DNA from: an uncultured Solirubrobacterales bacterium
GTDB taxonomy: Bacteria; Actinomycetota; Thermoleophilia; Solirubrobacterales; 70-9
NCBI GenBank assembly: GCA_963701265.1
Contig: OY969581.1
Coordinates: 2,002,372 to 2,066,371, forward strand
Reading direction: 5' to 3'
Length of the DNA stretch: 64,000 nucleotides
Shown here: piece after piece, positions 1 to 8,601 of the stretch
How positions within the stretch are numbered: the stretch's first letter is position 1
How the letters are laid out: the number at the start of each line of letters is the position of its first letter
The notes under the pieces: model-generated
Seen by the model: only the letters and a program-made list of their open reading frames with translations
Databases searched by the model: none
Told to the model about the DNA's origin: nothing
Program-made: the position numbers and the translations under genes

Positions 1-240
1 ACCGAGAAGGCGACGCCCTCGCGCCGCCGCACCCCGGCCAGCACCTCCTCCGCGTCGGCAAGCTGCGGGATCACCTCGGGCCGCACGAAAGAGGTCACCT
101 CGAGCCGCTTCAGGCCGGTCGCCGAAAGCAGGTCAACGAGGCGGATCTTCTCCGCCGTCGGGATCGTCTCCGGCTCGTTCTGGAAGCCATCGCGCGGCCC
201 GACCTCACGGATGCGGACCTTGCTCGGCAGCGGGCTCATC
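1..240 (-). CDS. Hydroxymethylglutaryl-CoA lyase family protein, 5' part only (gene runs off the left edge)
   Basis: Not in the ORF track because there is no stop in the window. My reverse-strand translation from ATG (cat at 238-240) reads MSPLPSKVRIREVGPRDGFQNEPETIPTAEKIRLVDLLSATGLKRLEVTSFVRPEVIPQLADAEEV. The GPRDGFQNE and EVTSFV patterns are typical of HMGL-like lyases. Confidence 0.75.
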
Positions 241-250
241 GCGACCGAGG

Positions 251-640
251 CTACGCGGTCGGCGGACCGGCCTGGCCGACCACGCGCCGCTCGTGGGTGC
301 CGACGCCGATCGTGCGCTCGCCTTCGCTCACTTCGACGTCAAAGCGCAGCTTGCGCCCTTCAACGACCTCGCGCAGAGTGGCCTGCGTGCGGCAGGTCGC
401 GCCCTCCGCGGCGGCGGCCACGTGCTTGATACAGACCTCGAAGCCCACCGTCGCCTTGCCCTCTGGAAGGTGTTCGTAGGCGAGTACCTGGGCGCTCGCC
501 TCCATCATCCCGATCATGCCCGGGGTCGAGAGCACGCCGCTGCCGATCGTGCCGCCGACGTCGGTGACGAGCGGTGGCGCAACCGTGAACTCATCGCTGC
601 GCTCGAGCCCTGGGACCAGGCCCTGCTCGGTCTCGGTCAT
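251..640 (-). CDS. Hotdog-fold thioesterase (fluoroacetyl-CoA thioesterase-like family)
   Basis: 129 aa ORF with EFTVAPPLVTDVGG...VLSTPGMIGMMEAS...VGFEVCIKHVAAA, as in small acyl-CoA thioesterases. Its start overlaps the stop of the upstream SDR at 640. Confidence 0.6.
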   Translation of the reverse strand: MTETEQGLVPGLERSDEFTVAPPLVTDVGGTIGSGVLSTPGMIGMMEASAQVLAYEHLPEGKATVGFEVCIKHVAAAAEGATCRTQATLREVVEGRKLRFDVEVSEGERTIGVGTHERRVVGQAGPPTA

Positions 641-1374
641 CAGACCATCCCCAATCCACCGCTGACCCCGAGGGTCTCGCCGGTGACGTAGGTGGCGTCG
701 TCGGAGACCAGGAAGGCTGCGGCGGCGGCGACCTCATCGGGCTGGCCGAGGCGGCCCATCTGGGTCGAGGACTTCATCGTCTCGATCACTTTCTCGCCGA
801 TCTCGCCGAACTCCTTGGCGCCCATCAAAAGCGGCGTCTCGATCGGGCCCGGGGCGATCGCGTTGGCGATGATCCCGTAGCGCGCGTTCTCGCGGGCGAT
901 CGCCTTGGTGAAGCCGATGATGCCGGCCTTGGCCGCCGAGTAGACGGCCGAACCCTTGGAGCCGACGCGGCCCGCCTCCGAGGAGATGCTGAGGATGCGG
1001 CCGTACTTGGCCCCCTGCATGCCGGGCAGCGCCGCGTGGGTGCAGTTGAGCACGCCGATCAGGTTGATCCCGATCACCTTCTGCCACTGCTCGGGCATGG
1101 TGTAGGTGAAGAAGCCGAACTCGTCGGTGCCGGCGTTGTTGACGAGGATGTCGAGCGTGCCGGCGGCCTCGACCGCGGCCCTGGCCGACTCGAGGTCGGT
1201 CACGTCGAGCTCGATCGCGTGCCCGTTGACCTCACCCGCGACGCGCTCGGCGCCCTCGGTGTCGATGTCGCCGACCCAGACCTCGGCGCCCTCGGCGGCG
1301 AGCCGGGCGGCGATCGCGGCGCCGATCCCGCTGGCGCCGCCGGTCACCAGTGCCTTGCGTCCCTCCAGTCGCAT
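640..1374 (-). CDS. Short-chain dehydrogenase/reductase (3-oxoacyl-ACP reductase-like)
   Basis: This is the C-terminal 244 aa of track ORF 640..2250. It starts at MRLEGRKALVTGGASGIGAAIA (TGxxxGIG cofactor motif, NNAG, YSAAKAG active-site motif). ATG is at 1372-1374. The longer N-terminal extension is Arg/Gly-rich shadow sequence. Confidence 0.85.
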   Translation of the reverse strand: MRLEGRKALVTGGASGIGAAIAARLAAEGAEVWVGDIDTEGAERVAGEVNGHAIELDVTDLESARAAVEAAGTLDILVNNAGTDEFGFFTYTMPEQWQKVIGINLIGVLNCTHAALPGMQGAKYGRILSISSEAGRVGSKGSAVYSAAKAGIIGFTKAIARENARYGIIANAIAPGPIETPLLMGAKEFGEIGEKVIETMKSSTQMGRLGQPDEVAAAAAFLVSDDATYVTGETLGVSGGLGMV

Positions 1375-1401
1375 CGGGCGTGAGCATAGACTTCCGCGCC
1401 C

Positions 1402-2094
1402 GTGGCGGACCTCCCCACCATCCCGATCGTCGGCGGCACCGGCGCGCTCGGCGCCGGCCTGGCGCTGCGCTGGGCCAAGGCGGGCGCGCCGATCGTGCTC
1501 GGCTCGCGCTCGGCGGAGCGGGCCGAGGAAGCCGCGGCGAAGCTGCGCGAGAAGGTCCCCGGCGCCCAGATCGAGGGGCTGCTCAACGAGGACGCCGCCA
1601 AGCGGGCGGAGATCGTCTTCCTCACCGTCCCCTTCCGCGCCCAGTCGGAGAACCTCAACAACCTGCGCGAGGCTCTGCAGCCGGGCCAGATCCTGGTCGA
1701 CTGCACGGTGCCGCTCGCCGCCGCGGTCAGCGGCAAGGCGACCCGCTCGCTCGGCGTCTGGCAGGGCTCGGCGGCCCAGCAGGCGCAGGAGATGGTGCCC
1801 GAGGGAGTGACCGTCGTCGCCGCCCTGCACACCGTCGGCGCCCCCAGCCTCTCCGATCCCACCGTTGAGCTGGACGAGGACGTGCTGGTCTGCGGCGACC
1901 GCAAGGCCGACAAGGCGCGGGTGGCGCGCCTGATCGAGCTGATTCCCGGGCTGCGCCCAGTCAACGCCGGCGCGCTCGAGATGGCCCGCATCGTCGAGCA
2001 GCTGACGCCGATGCTGATCTCCGTCAACACCCGCTACAAGGCCCACGCCGGGATCAAACTCACCAACCTGCCGGACGCCGACCACTGGGCTTGA
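1402..2094 (+). CDS. npdG: NADPH-dependent F420 reductase
   Basis: 230 aa with a GTG start. N-terminal IPIVGGTGALGAGLALRWAKAG Rossmann motif, and length and pattern typical of the Fno/NpdG family. It sits directly upstream of cofD-cofC-cofE. Confidence 0.8.
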   Translation: MADLPTIPIVGGTGALGAGLALRWAKAGAPIVLGSRSAERAEEAAAKLREKVPGAQIEGLLNEDAAKRAEIVFLTVPFRAQSENLNNLREALQPGQILVDCTVPLAAAVSGKATRSLGVWQGSAAQQAQEMVPEGVTVVAALHTVGAPSLSDPTVELDEDVLVCGDRKADKARVARLIELIPGLRPVNAGALEMARIVEQLTPMLISVNTRYKAHAGIKLTNLPDADHWA

Positions 2095-2095
2095 A

Positions 2096-3025
2096 GTGAG
2101 GATCGCGCTCCTCGCCGGCGGCACCGGCGGCGCCAAGCTCGCCGCCGGGATACAGGAGGAGATCGGCTCCGACCTGGCGGTCATCGCCAACACGGGCGAC
2201 GACATCGAGACGCTCGGCGTCCACGTCTCCCCCGACCCCGACCTCATCACCTACTGGCTCAGCGGCGAAATCGACGAGGAGCGCGGCTGGGGGCTGCGCG
2301 ACGACAGCTTCACCGTCTTCGAGCGCCTGACCAGACTGGGCGCGCCGAGCTGGTTCGGCCTCTCCGACCGCGACCTCGCCGCCTGCCTCTACCGGCGTCA
2401 ATTCGTCGAGGAGGGCGGCAGCTACACGGCCGCGCAGGCGCAGATCGCGCGCGCCGTTGGGGTTGAGGCGCGGGTGCTGCCGATGTGCGAGACGCCGGTG
2501 CGGACCAAGGTCCACACCGGCGCCGGCACGCGCGGCCTGCAGGAGTACCTGATCGTCGACCAGGGGGCACCCGAGGTGCACGGCGTCGAGCTCGAGCGGA
2601 TCGCCGAGGCCGAGCCGAGCAAGGAGGTGCTGGAGGCGCTGCGCGGCGCCGAGGCGATCGTGATCGGGCCCTCCAACCCGGTGATCAGCATCGGCCCGAT
2701 CCTCGCTGTGCCGGGCATGCGCGAGGCGATCACCCAGTTCGGCGTGCCGGTCATCGCGGTCAGCCCCTTCGTCGCCGGCAAGGTCGTCAAGGGCCCGACC
2801 GAGCGCTTCATGCAGGCGCTGGGCCGGCCGTCCACCGCAGCCGGCGTCGCCTCGCTCTACGCCGGCTTGATCGACGCGATGATCGTCGACGAGGGCGATC
2901 CCGACCCGGCGCCGACGGAGATCCCCACGCTCGCCACGGCGACGCTGATGGACGGTGCCGCCGGCCGGGTGCGCCTGGGGCGCATCGTCCTCGACTACGC
3001 CGCTAGCCTCGTCGAAGGTGCCTGA
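2096..3025 (+). CDS. cofD: 2-phospho-L-lactate transferase (LPPG:FO transferase)
   Basis: 309 aa. MRIALLAGGTGGAKLA...NTGDD...GPSNPVISIGPIL are hallmark CofD/FbiA motifs. Confidence 0.9.
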   Translation: MRIALLAGGTGGAKLAAGIQEEIGSDLAVIANTGDDIETLGVHVSPDPDLITYWLSGEIDEERGWGLRDDSFTVFERLTRLGAPSWFGLSDRDLAACLYRRQFVEEGGSYTAAQAQIARAVGVEARVLPMCETPVRTKVHTGAGTRGLQEYLIVDQGAPEVHGVELERIAEAEPSKEVLEALRGAEAIVIGPSNPVISIGPILAVPGMREAITQFGVPVIAVSPFVAGKVVKGPTERFMQALGRPSTAAGVASLYAGLIDAMIVDEGDPDPAPTEIPTLATATLMDGAAGRVRLGRIVLDYAASLVEGA

Positions 3026-3043
3026 CTCCCACTCACTGACGGC

Positions 3044-3685
3044 TTGAAGGCGACCGCGATCCTGCCGGTCAAGCGCTTCGCTGCGGCCAAGCAGCGGCTG
3101 GCGCCGGGCATGGGCAGCACTCATCGCGCCGAACTGGCGGCGGCGATGCTGGAGGACGTGCTGGAAGCGATCGGCGCTGCGCGCTCGATCGAGCGCCTGA
3201 TCGTCGTCAGCAGCGAGCCACGCGCGATCGAGCTGGCGACGGCGAGCGGTGCCGAAGTGCTCCCCGATCCCGACCAGGGCGGTCACTCGGGCGCAGCCCT
3301 CGCCGGCATCGCCCGCGCGGGGGAACTCGGCGCCGAGTGCGTCGTGCTGCTGCCGATCGACTGCCCACTGCTGGCGACCCGCGAGCTCGAACGCCTGCTC
3401 ACCGGGATGCCGGAGCGCTACGTCGCGATCGTCCCCGACCGGCACGGCACCGGCACCAACGCACTGGCACTGGCGCCGCCCGAGGCGATCGAGCCCTCCT
3501 TCGGTGAGGGCAGCTGCGCCAGGCACGTCGCCGCCGCCCGCGAGGCGGGCGTGCCCTTCGGCGTCGAGGAGCTTCCCTCGCTTGCACTCGACCTCGACAC
3601 CCCAGCCGACGTCGTCGCGCTGACCATGGCGCTGGAGCGGAGCCGCGGGCGAGCGAAGCGGACGGCGAAGGCGCTGGGCATATGA
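3044..3685 (+). CDS. cofC: Phosphoenolpyruvate/2-phospholactate guanylyltransferase
   Basis: 213 aa with a TTG start. AILPVKRFAAAKQRL...LLPIDCPLL...DRHGTGTNAL matches the CofC/FbiD pattern. Its stop overlaps the cofE start. Confidence 0.8.
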   Translation: MKATAILPVKRFAAAKQRLAPGMGSTHRAELAAAMLEDVLEAIGAARSIERLIVVSSEPRAIELATASGAEVLPDPDQGGHSGAALAGIARAGELGAECVVLLPIDCPLLATRELERLLTGMPERYVAIVPDRHGTGTNALALAPPEAIEPSFGEGSCARHVAAAREAGVPFGVEELPSLALDLDTPADVVALTMALERSRGRAKRTAKALGI

Positions 3686-4419
3686 GCGAGCTTCGGGTGT
3701 TCGGCGTCGGGGGGCTGCCGGAGATCAAAGAGGGCATGGCGCTTGGCGAGCTGATCGCCGCGCATGCCGAGCTCGAGGACGGCGACATCGTCGTGATCTC
3801 CCAGAAGGTCGTCTCCAAGGCGGAGGGACAGACCCGCCGCCTCTCCTCGGTCATCCCCGGCGCCGAAGCGCGCAAGCTCGCGGCCGTGCTCGGCAAGGAG
3901 CCGGCACTGGTCGAGCTGATCCTCGAGGAGAGCAAAGAGGTGCTGCGCGCGGAGCGTAATGTCCTCATCGTCGAGACCCGCCACGGCCTCGTGTGCGCCA
4001 ACGCGGGGATCGACAGCTCCAACGTCCCCGATGACGACACGGTCTGCCTGCTGCCCGAAGACCCGGACGCGTCGGCACGGCGGATCCGCCGCGAGATCGT
4101 CGGCGAGGGATCCGGGGTGGTGATCAGCGACAGCCTTGGGCGCGCGTGGCGGCTTGGGCAGACCGAGGTGGCGATTGGCTGCGCTGGACTGCAGCCACTC
4201 GATGATTGGCGGGGGCGCAGCGATGCGCACGGCAGGGAGCTGGAGGCCACCGTGATCGCCGTTGCCGACGAGGTTGCGGCGGCGGCGGATCTGGTTCGCG
4301 GCAAGGACAGCGGCGTCCCGGTGGTGATCGTCCGCGGCCTCGATCGCTTTGTCAGCGCAGAGGACGGACCCGGAGCGGCCGCATTGCGCCGACCGCGTGA
4401 CGAGGATCTCTTCCGTTAG
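3682..4419 (+). CDS. cofE: Coenzyme F420-0:L-glutamate ligase, stand-alone (no C-terminal nitroreductase-like domain)
   Basis: 245 aa. GDIVVISQKVVSKAEG...HGLVCANAGIDSSN...SDSLGRAWRLGQTEVAIG is the CofE/FbiB N-domain signature. The ORF ends at 4419 and overlaps the stop of a convergent gene. Confidence 0.85.
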   Translation: MSELRVFGVGGLPEIKEGMALGELIAAHAELEDGDIVVISQKVVSKAEGQTRRLSSVIPGAEARKLAAVLGKEPALVELILEESKEVLRAERNVLIVETRHGLVCANAGIDSSNVPDDDTVCLLPEDPDASARRIRREIVGEGSGVVISDSLGRAWRLGQTEVAIGCAGLQPLDDWRGRSDAHGRELEATVIAVADEVAAAADLVRGKDSGVPVVIVRGLDRFVSAEDGPGAAALRRPRDEDLFR

Positions 4420-5399
4420 ATCGTCAGCACGGCGGCGCCGTGGAGGGCGCCGGTGCGGATTGAGTCGAGGGCCTGGTTGGCGTCCTCCAGGGGATGCAGC
4501 TCTACCTCGGTGCGGATCGGGACCTGGGGCGCGAGCTCGAGGAACTCCTCGCCATCGCGCCGGGTCAGGTTGGCGACCGAGCCCAGGGTGCGCTCGCCCC
4601 AAAGCTGCTCGTAGGGGAAGCTCGGGATGTCGCTCATGTGGATGCCGGCGCTGATGATCCGCGCACCCTTGGCGCTCGCCCGCAGCGCCGTCGTCATCAG
4701 CGAGCCGAGCGGGGCGAAGACGATCGCGCCGTCGATCTCCTCCGGCGGCGCCTCATCTGACGACCCGGCCCATTCTGCACCGAGCCCTCGGGCGAAGGCC
4801 TGTCCCTCCGCATCGCCCTCGCGGGTGAAGGCGAAGACGCGCCTACCCTGGTGCACCGCCACCTGACAGAGGATGTGGGCGGCAGCGCCGAAGCCGTAGA
4901 AGCCGATCCGCTCAGCGTCGCCGACCAGGCGCAGCGCCCGGTAGCCGATCAGGCCCGCGCAGAGCAGCGGAGCCGCCTGCTCGTCCGGGTAGCCCTCAGG
5001 CAGCGGGAAGCAGAAGCGCTCATCGGCGACCGCCAGCTCGGCGTAGCCGCCATCGATGTCGTAGCCGGTGAAGCGGGCACGGTCGCAGAGGTTCTCGCGG
5101 CCGGAGAGGCAGTAGCGGCACTCGCCGCAGGTCCAGCCCAGCCATGGCACCCCGACCCGCCGCCCAACCGCGAAGCGCTCGGCCCCCTCCCCCGCCGCGA
5201 CCACCGTGCCGACTATCTGGTGGCCCGGCACGAGCGGCAGCTTCGGCTGATCCAACTCGCCGTCGGCGATGTGCAGGTCGGTGCGGCAGACCCCGCAGGC
5301 GCTGACCAAGATCAGAACCTGCCCGGCACCTGGCTGCGGGTCGGGAAGCTCCGCGGACCTCAACGGCTCCCGCGCGCGCTCCAGGACCATCGCCCGCAT
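4416..5399 (-). CDS. Zinc-dependent alcohol dehydrogenase (MDR family)
   Basis: Track ORF 4416..5501 trimmed to the internal ATG (cat 5397-5399), giving MRAMVLERAREPL. It has GVCRTDLH, GHQIVG, the structural-zinc motif CGECRYCLSGRENLC, and GFGAAAH. Confidence 0.85.
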   Translation of the reverse strand: MRAMVLERAREPLRSAELPDPQPGAGQVLILVSACGVCRTDLHIADGELDQPKLPLVPGHQIVGTVVAAGEGAERFAVGRRVGVPWLGWTCGECRYCLSGRENLCDRARFTGYDIDGGYAELAVADERFCFPLPEGYPDEQAAPLLCAGLIGYRALRLVGDAERIGFYGFGAAAHILCQVAVHQGRRVFAFTREGDAEGQAFARGLGAEWAGSSDEAPPEEIDGAIVFAPLGSLMTTALRASAKGARIISAGIHMSDIPSFPYEQLWGERTLGSVANLTRRDGEEFLELAPQVPIRTEVELHPLEDANQALDSIRTGALHGAAVLTI

Positions 5400-5406
5400 C
5401 GGCGAT

Positions 5407-6255
5407 TTAGGGCGAGACGGGTACCGGCAGCTCGGCGGGCTCGGGGACTTCTTCGTCGCCCGCCTCCGGTACTTCTTCTGCTTCTTCTTCGCCCGCTTCA
5501 TCTGGCTGAGCGATTTCGACCTCGACGCAGTTCCCTTCGGAGCTGAGCTTCAAGGCCAGCCTGCGAGCGTCGGAGAGCACCCCTTCGAGCGTCAGTTCCT
5601 CCTCGACGCTCCCATCCTCATTGAGCTGCTGAAGCAAGATTTCGACGGGAGCCTCCTCGTCCAGGACCTCCTCGTCCACAGGCTCCTCACCGAGGAAGGT
5701 GACCGTGACCAGGTATTCGTCCCCTTCGCAGCCCTCCGAGTTCGGCCCACCCCCTGAAGCAATCGGTCCTCCGGGCGTACCGCCCTCAGTGCCCCCGCCA
5801 CCGGTACTCACCGGAACCGTGACGGGCGATGAGGTTCCCTCTGGCGGAGCCTCCACATCTGTTGCTCCGACAGAGGGAACCTCATCGCCAGCCCCCGCTC
5901 CAGGTGCAGAACCCTGGGGCGAAGACGGCACCTCGGCAACAGCTATGGCTTGAGCCGGCGCAACAGCGAGGCTCGGAGGGCTCGGAACTGCTTCCCCCTC
6001 GCGCTCGACGGGCTCCCCCGCCCGGACGACGAGCTTGGGCCCGACCGGAGCGACTCTCCCCCGGGCCACCGAAGCCGTAGACCCTGCGGGGAACGCCTTG
6101 CCCTCACCAACCGCCATCTCGATCCCCAGGGGCGCCCGCTGGGGAGCAGCCGAATCGTCCTCCCAGGGCTTCAGGCCCCAGAGCACCACCAGGCCGAGCA
6201 GCACCGAAAGAGCAGGAAGCGCGAAGACTTCCAGCGCCGGAAATCGTCCTCCCAA
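5407..6255 (-). CDS. Hypothetical membrane-anchored protein, Pro/Gly/Glu-rich low complexity with an acidic C-terminus
   Basis: 282 aa with a TTG start. One N-terminal hydrophobic helix (FALPALSVLLGLVVLWGL), then a P/A/G/S-rich spacer and an acidic tail (EEEAEEVPEAGDEEVPEP). I recognise no family. Third-position GC is coding-like. Confidence 0.5.
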   Translation of the reverse strand: MGGRFPALEVFALPALSVLLGLVVLWGLKPWEDDSAAPQRAPLGIEMAVGEGKAFPAGSTASVARGRVAPVGPKLVVRAGEPVEREGEAVPSPPSLAVAPAQAIAVAEVPSSPQGSAPGAGAGDEVPSVGATDVEAPPEGTSSPVTVPVSTGGGGTEGGTPGGPIASGGGPNSEGCEGDEYLVTVTFLGEEPVDEEVLDEEAPVEILLQQLNEDGSVEEELTLEGVLSDARRLALKLSSEGNCVEVEIAQPDEAGEEEAEEVPEAGDEEVPEPAELPVPVSP

Positions 6256-6294
6256 TGAAAACCACGAAGCGATCAGCCAAAGATAGGCGCTTGG

Positions 6295-8586
6295 TTAATA
6301 AGTCTCAACTATCTCGTAGAGCGTGGTGCGCTGAGCGGGCTCGCGGCCACCGGCACGAGCGGCGCCGATCAGCTGCTCGGGCTCGAGCCGGACGCCGTGC
6401 TGGGAGCCGGCCATGCGCGAGATGTTCTCCTCCATCAGCGTTCCACCGAGGTCGTTGACCCCCCAACGCAGCGCCTCGGTGGCGGCGTCGAGGCCCATCT
6501 TCACCCAGCTCGCCTGCAGGTTCGGAATCGTCTTGCCAAGCGCGAGGCGGAAGGCGGCGGTGTGCTTGAGGTTCTCCGCCGCCGATATCTCCTCGATCCC
6601 GTGGGTGCGGCCGAGCATCGTGTTGAAGGGGATGAAACTGAGCGGCACGAACTCGGTGATGCCACCGGTGCGCTCCTGCAGGGCGCGGACGACGCGCATG
6701 TGCCGGGCCAGCTCGCGCGGCTCCTCGATGTGGCCGAACATCACGGTCGAGGTCGAGCGCAGCCCAGCGCGGTGCGAGGCCTCGATGATCTCCACCCAGC
6801 GATCCGCCGGCAGCTTGTTGGGCGAGATCCGCTGCCGCACCCCGTCGTCGAGCACCTCTGCCGCGGTCCCCGGCGTCGAGCCGAGGCCGCACTCGATCAG
6901 GTACTCGAAGACCTCCTCCGGCCCCTTGCCCGAGCGCTCGCACATGTAGTGGACCTCCATCGGCGAGTAGGCGTGCAGGTGCAGCTGCGGCGCCACGTCC
7001 TTCGCCAGCCGCAGCCACTTGCCGTACTCCTCGAGCGTCAGGTCGGGATGGATGCCGCCCTGCATGCAGAGCTCGGTCGCCCCGAACTCAACCGCTTCGA
7101 GTACGCGCTCAGCAAAGTCCTCCTCCGAGACCTCATAGGCGTCCGGCGAGCGCTTGCCCTGCCCGAACCCGCAGAAGGCGCAACCGACCACGCAGATGTT
7201 GGTGAAGTTGATGTTTCGATTGACGACAAACGTCACCCGGTCCCCAGCCAGCTCTCGACGAAGCTCGTCGGCCGCCACCCGCATCTCCTCAATCACCTCC
7301 GGCCGCGTCTCGGCGAAGAGCGCCGTCAACTCGTCCTCTGACAACTCACTGCCATCGCGACCCTTGGAGATCGCCTTCTCGGCGAGTCCGGGATCGATCG
7401 TCTCCTCGGTCCTCCGTCCCGAACCGCTGCGCGGAATGAAGCTCCAGTACTTCAGCTTGATCACATCCAGGACCCCCTGCTCCATCCACTCGGGATCCAT
7501 GTACTGCGGGTAGACGCACAACCGCTCCGTCAGCGCGAACCCCTTGGGAGCCAGTCCCTTTCTGACCTCGTGGGGGCTGGGAAACGCGTGCTCGGGCGAG
7601 ATGTGGTCGCCGTTCGCCGACAGCCCGCCCAGATCGGTAGCTCCTGCCTCGACCAGCTCATCCCAGTCGTCCGACAGATTCGGCGGCACCTGTACCCCCA
7701 CGTCCGGCATCAACCGCTTGCACTCCAGAATCAACCGCTTGATGTCCTCAACGCCAACGGTGCTCGCCCAAGCTGGCAAGGAGGGCGGGGGTGCCCCTCC
7801 ACGCAGCGGCGTCCCCTTTTTCGCCCGGCTGGCCCCCTCGGACGGCGACTCAACGCCATTGGCGAAAAACCCAGCAAGAGGAGGGGCACCCCCGCCCTCC
7901 TCCCACCTTTCGCGCGCAGCCTCGTCGGCAATATCCGCCACTTCAGCCCCGTAGTACCGCGGATGCGGCACGAAGTTCTGCAAGATCATCTCTTGGATAT
8001 GCCCGTAGCGCCCGTGCAGCTCAGCCAGCGCTTCCAGCGATTCGACCTGCTCCTCCTCGGTCTCCCCGATGCCAATCAAGATGCCGCTCGTGAACGGGAT
8101 CTTGAGTTCACCAGCGGCCTCGATCGTCGCCAATCGCTGGGCAGGGTGCTTCGTAGGGGACCCGGCGTGGACGGTCTCCATCAGTCGCTCGGAGACCGAC
8201 TCGAGCATCAAGCCCTGCGAAGCCGTGACCTCTCGCAGTCGAGCTAGATCGGGACGGTCGAGCACCCCAATGTTCGTGTGCGGGAGCATGCCTCGCTCAA
8301 GCGCTCGCTCGCAGGACCAGATGACATAGGACGTGAAGTCCTCATGGCCCCACTCGGCGAGCTTGGCTGCGACGACAGGGTTGACCTCGGGTCGCTCCCC
8401 CGTGAGAACCAGAAGCTCCTTGGCATTGCGACGAACAGCTTCGTCTAGAAGCTTTTCGACCTCCTCAGGGCTGCGAATGTGCGCCTGGTGCGTGGCGAAG
8501 GCGCAGTACTTGCAGTAGCACTGGCAGGTGCGTGAGAGCGAGAGCGTGTAGTTCCGCGAGAAGGTGACCCGGCGCACGCTGCCCAA
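6295..8586 (-). CDS. fbiC: FO synthase, fused CofG/CofH (7,8-didemethyl-8-hydroxy-5-deazariboflavin synthase)
   Basis: 763 aa with two radical-SAM halves: CQCYCKYCAF in the N-half and CVVGCAFCGF in the C-half. They are joined by a low-complexity linker. Start is TTG 8584-8586, or GTG 9 nt downstream. Confidence 0.9.
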   Translation of the reverse strand: MGSVRRVTFSRNYTLSLSRTCQCYCKYCAFATHQAHIRSPEEVEKLLDEAVRRNAKELLVLTGERPEVNPVVAAKLAEWGHEDFTSYVIWSCERALERGMLPHTNIGVLDRPDLARLREVTASQGLMLESVSERLMETVHAGSPTKHPAQRLATIEAAGELKIPFTSGILIGIGETEEEQVESLEALAELHGRYGHIQEMILQNFVPHPRYYGAEVADIADEAARERWEEGGGAPPLAGFFANGVESPSEGASRAKKGTPLRGGAPPPSLPAWASTVGVEDIKRLILECKRLMPDVGVQVPPNLSDDWDELVEAGATDLGGLSANGDHISPEHAFPSPHEVRKGLAPKGFALTERLCVYPQYMDPEWMEQGVLDVIKLKYWSFIPRSGSGRRTEETIDPGLAEKAISKGRDGSELSEDELTALFAETRPEVIEEMRVAADELRRELAGDRVTFVVNRNINFTNICVVGCAFCGFGQGKRSPDAYEVSEEDFAERVLEAVEFGATELCMQGGIHPDLTLEEYGKWLRLAKDVAPQLHLHAYSPMEVHYMCERSGKGPEEVFEYLIECGLGSTPGTAAEVLDDGVRQRISPNKLPADRWVEIIEASHRAGLRSTSTVMFGHIEEPRELARHMRVVRALQERTGGITEFVPLSFIPFNTMLGRTHGIEEISAAENLKHTAAFRLALGKTIPNLQASWVKMGLDAATEALRWGVNDLGGTLMEENISRMAGSQHGVRLEPEQLIGAARAGGREPAQRTTLYEIVETY
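7779..7901. repeat. Perfect 22-bp inverted repeat (7779-7800 / 7880-7901) plus an inner 9-bp pair (7817-7825 / 7861-7869), inside the fbiC interdomain linker
   Basis: Read directly. AGGAGGGCGGGGGTGCCCCTCC is the exact reverse complement of GGAGGGGCACCCCCGCCCTCCT. TTTTTCGCC pairs with GGCGAAAAA. The arms translate as EEGGGAPP and GGAPPPS within fbiC. Confidence 0.9.
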
Positions 8587-8601
8587 GCTACTGCAAGAAA
8601 G

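Noticed and set aside
640-2250. Long N-terminal extensions of track ORFs (640..2250, 12489..14321, 19744..22869, 42372..44516, 45423..46985, 46729..48102, 54256..56277, 61142..62848, 28814..30082, 10520..11155)
   Set aside because: The extensions overlap upstream genes and are low-complexity Arg/Pro/Ala sequence. In each case an internal start immediately follows or overlaps the upstream stop and gives a canonical family N-terminus, so I trimmed to that start.
2060-3526. 488-aa minus-strand ORF across cofD/cofC, and similar long antisense ORFs (3418..4602, 15367..16719, 16797..17870, 18160..19383, 26443..27693, 27769..28995, 44428..45540, 48012..49061, 50582..52366, 52342..54135, 62362..63984)
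   Set aside because: All are shadow ORFs opposite genes with strong family signatures. They are Arg/Gly/Ala/Pro-rich with no motifs. Long stop-free antisense frames are expected at about 70% GC.
3682-4419. Calling this gene fbiB
   Set aside because: FbiB in the mycobacterial sense includes a C-terminal nitroreductase-like domain. This ORF is 245 aa and ends at a stop overlapped by the convergent ADH, so cofE is the accurate name.
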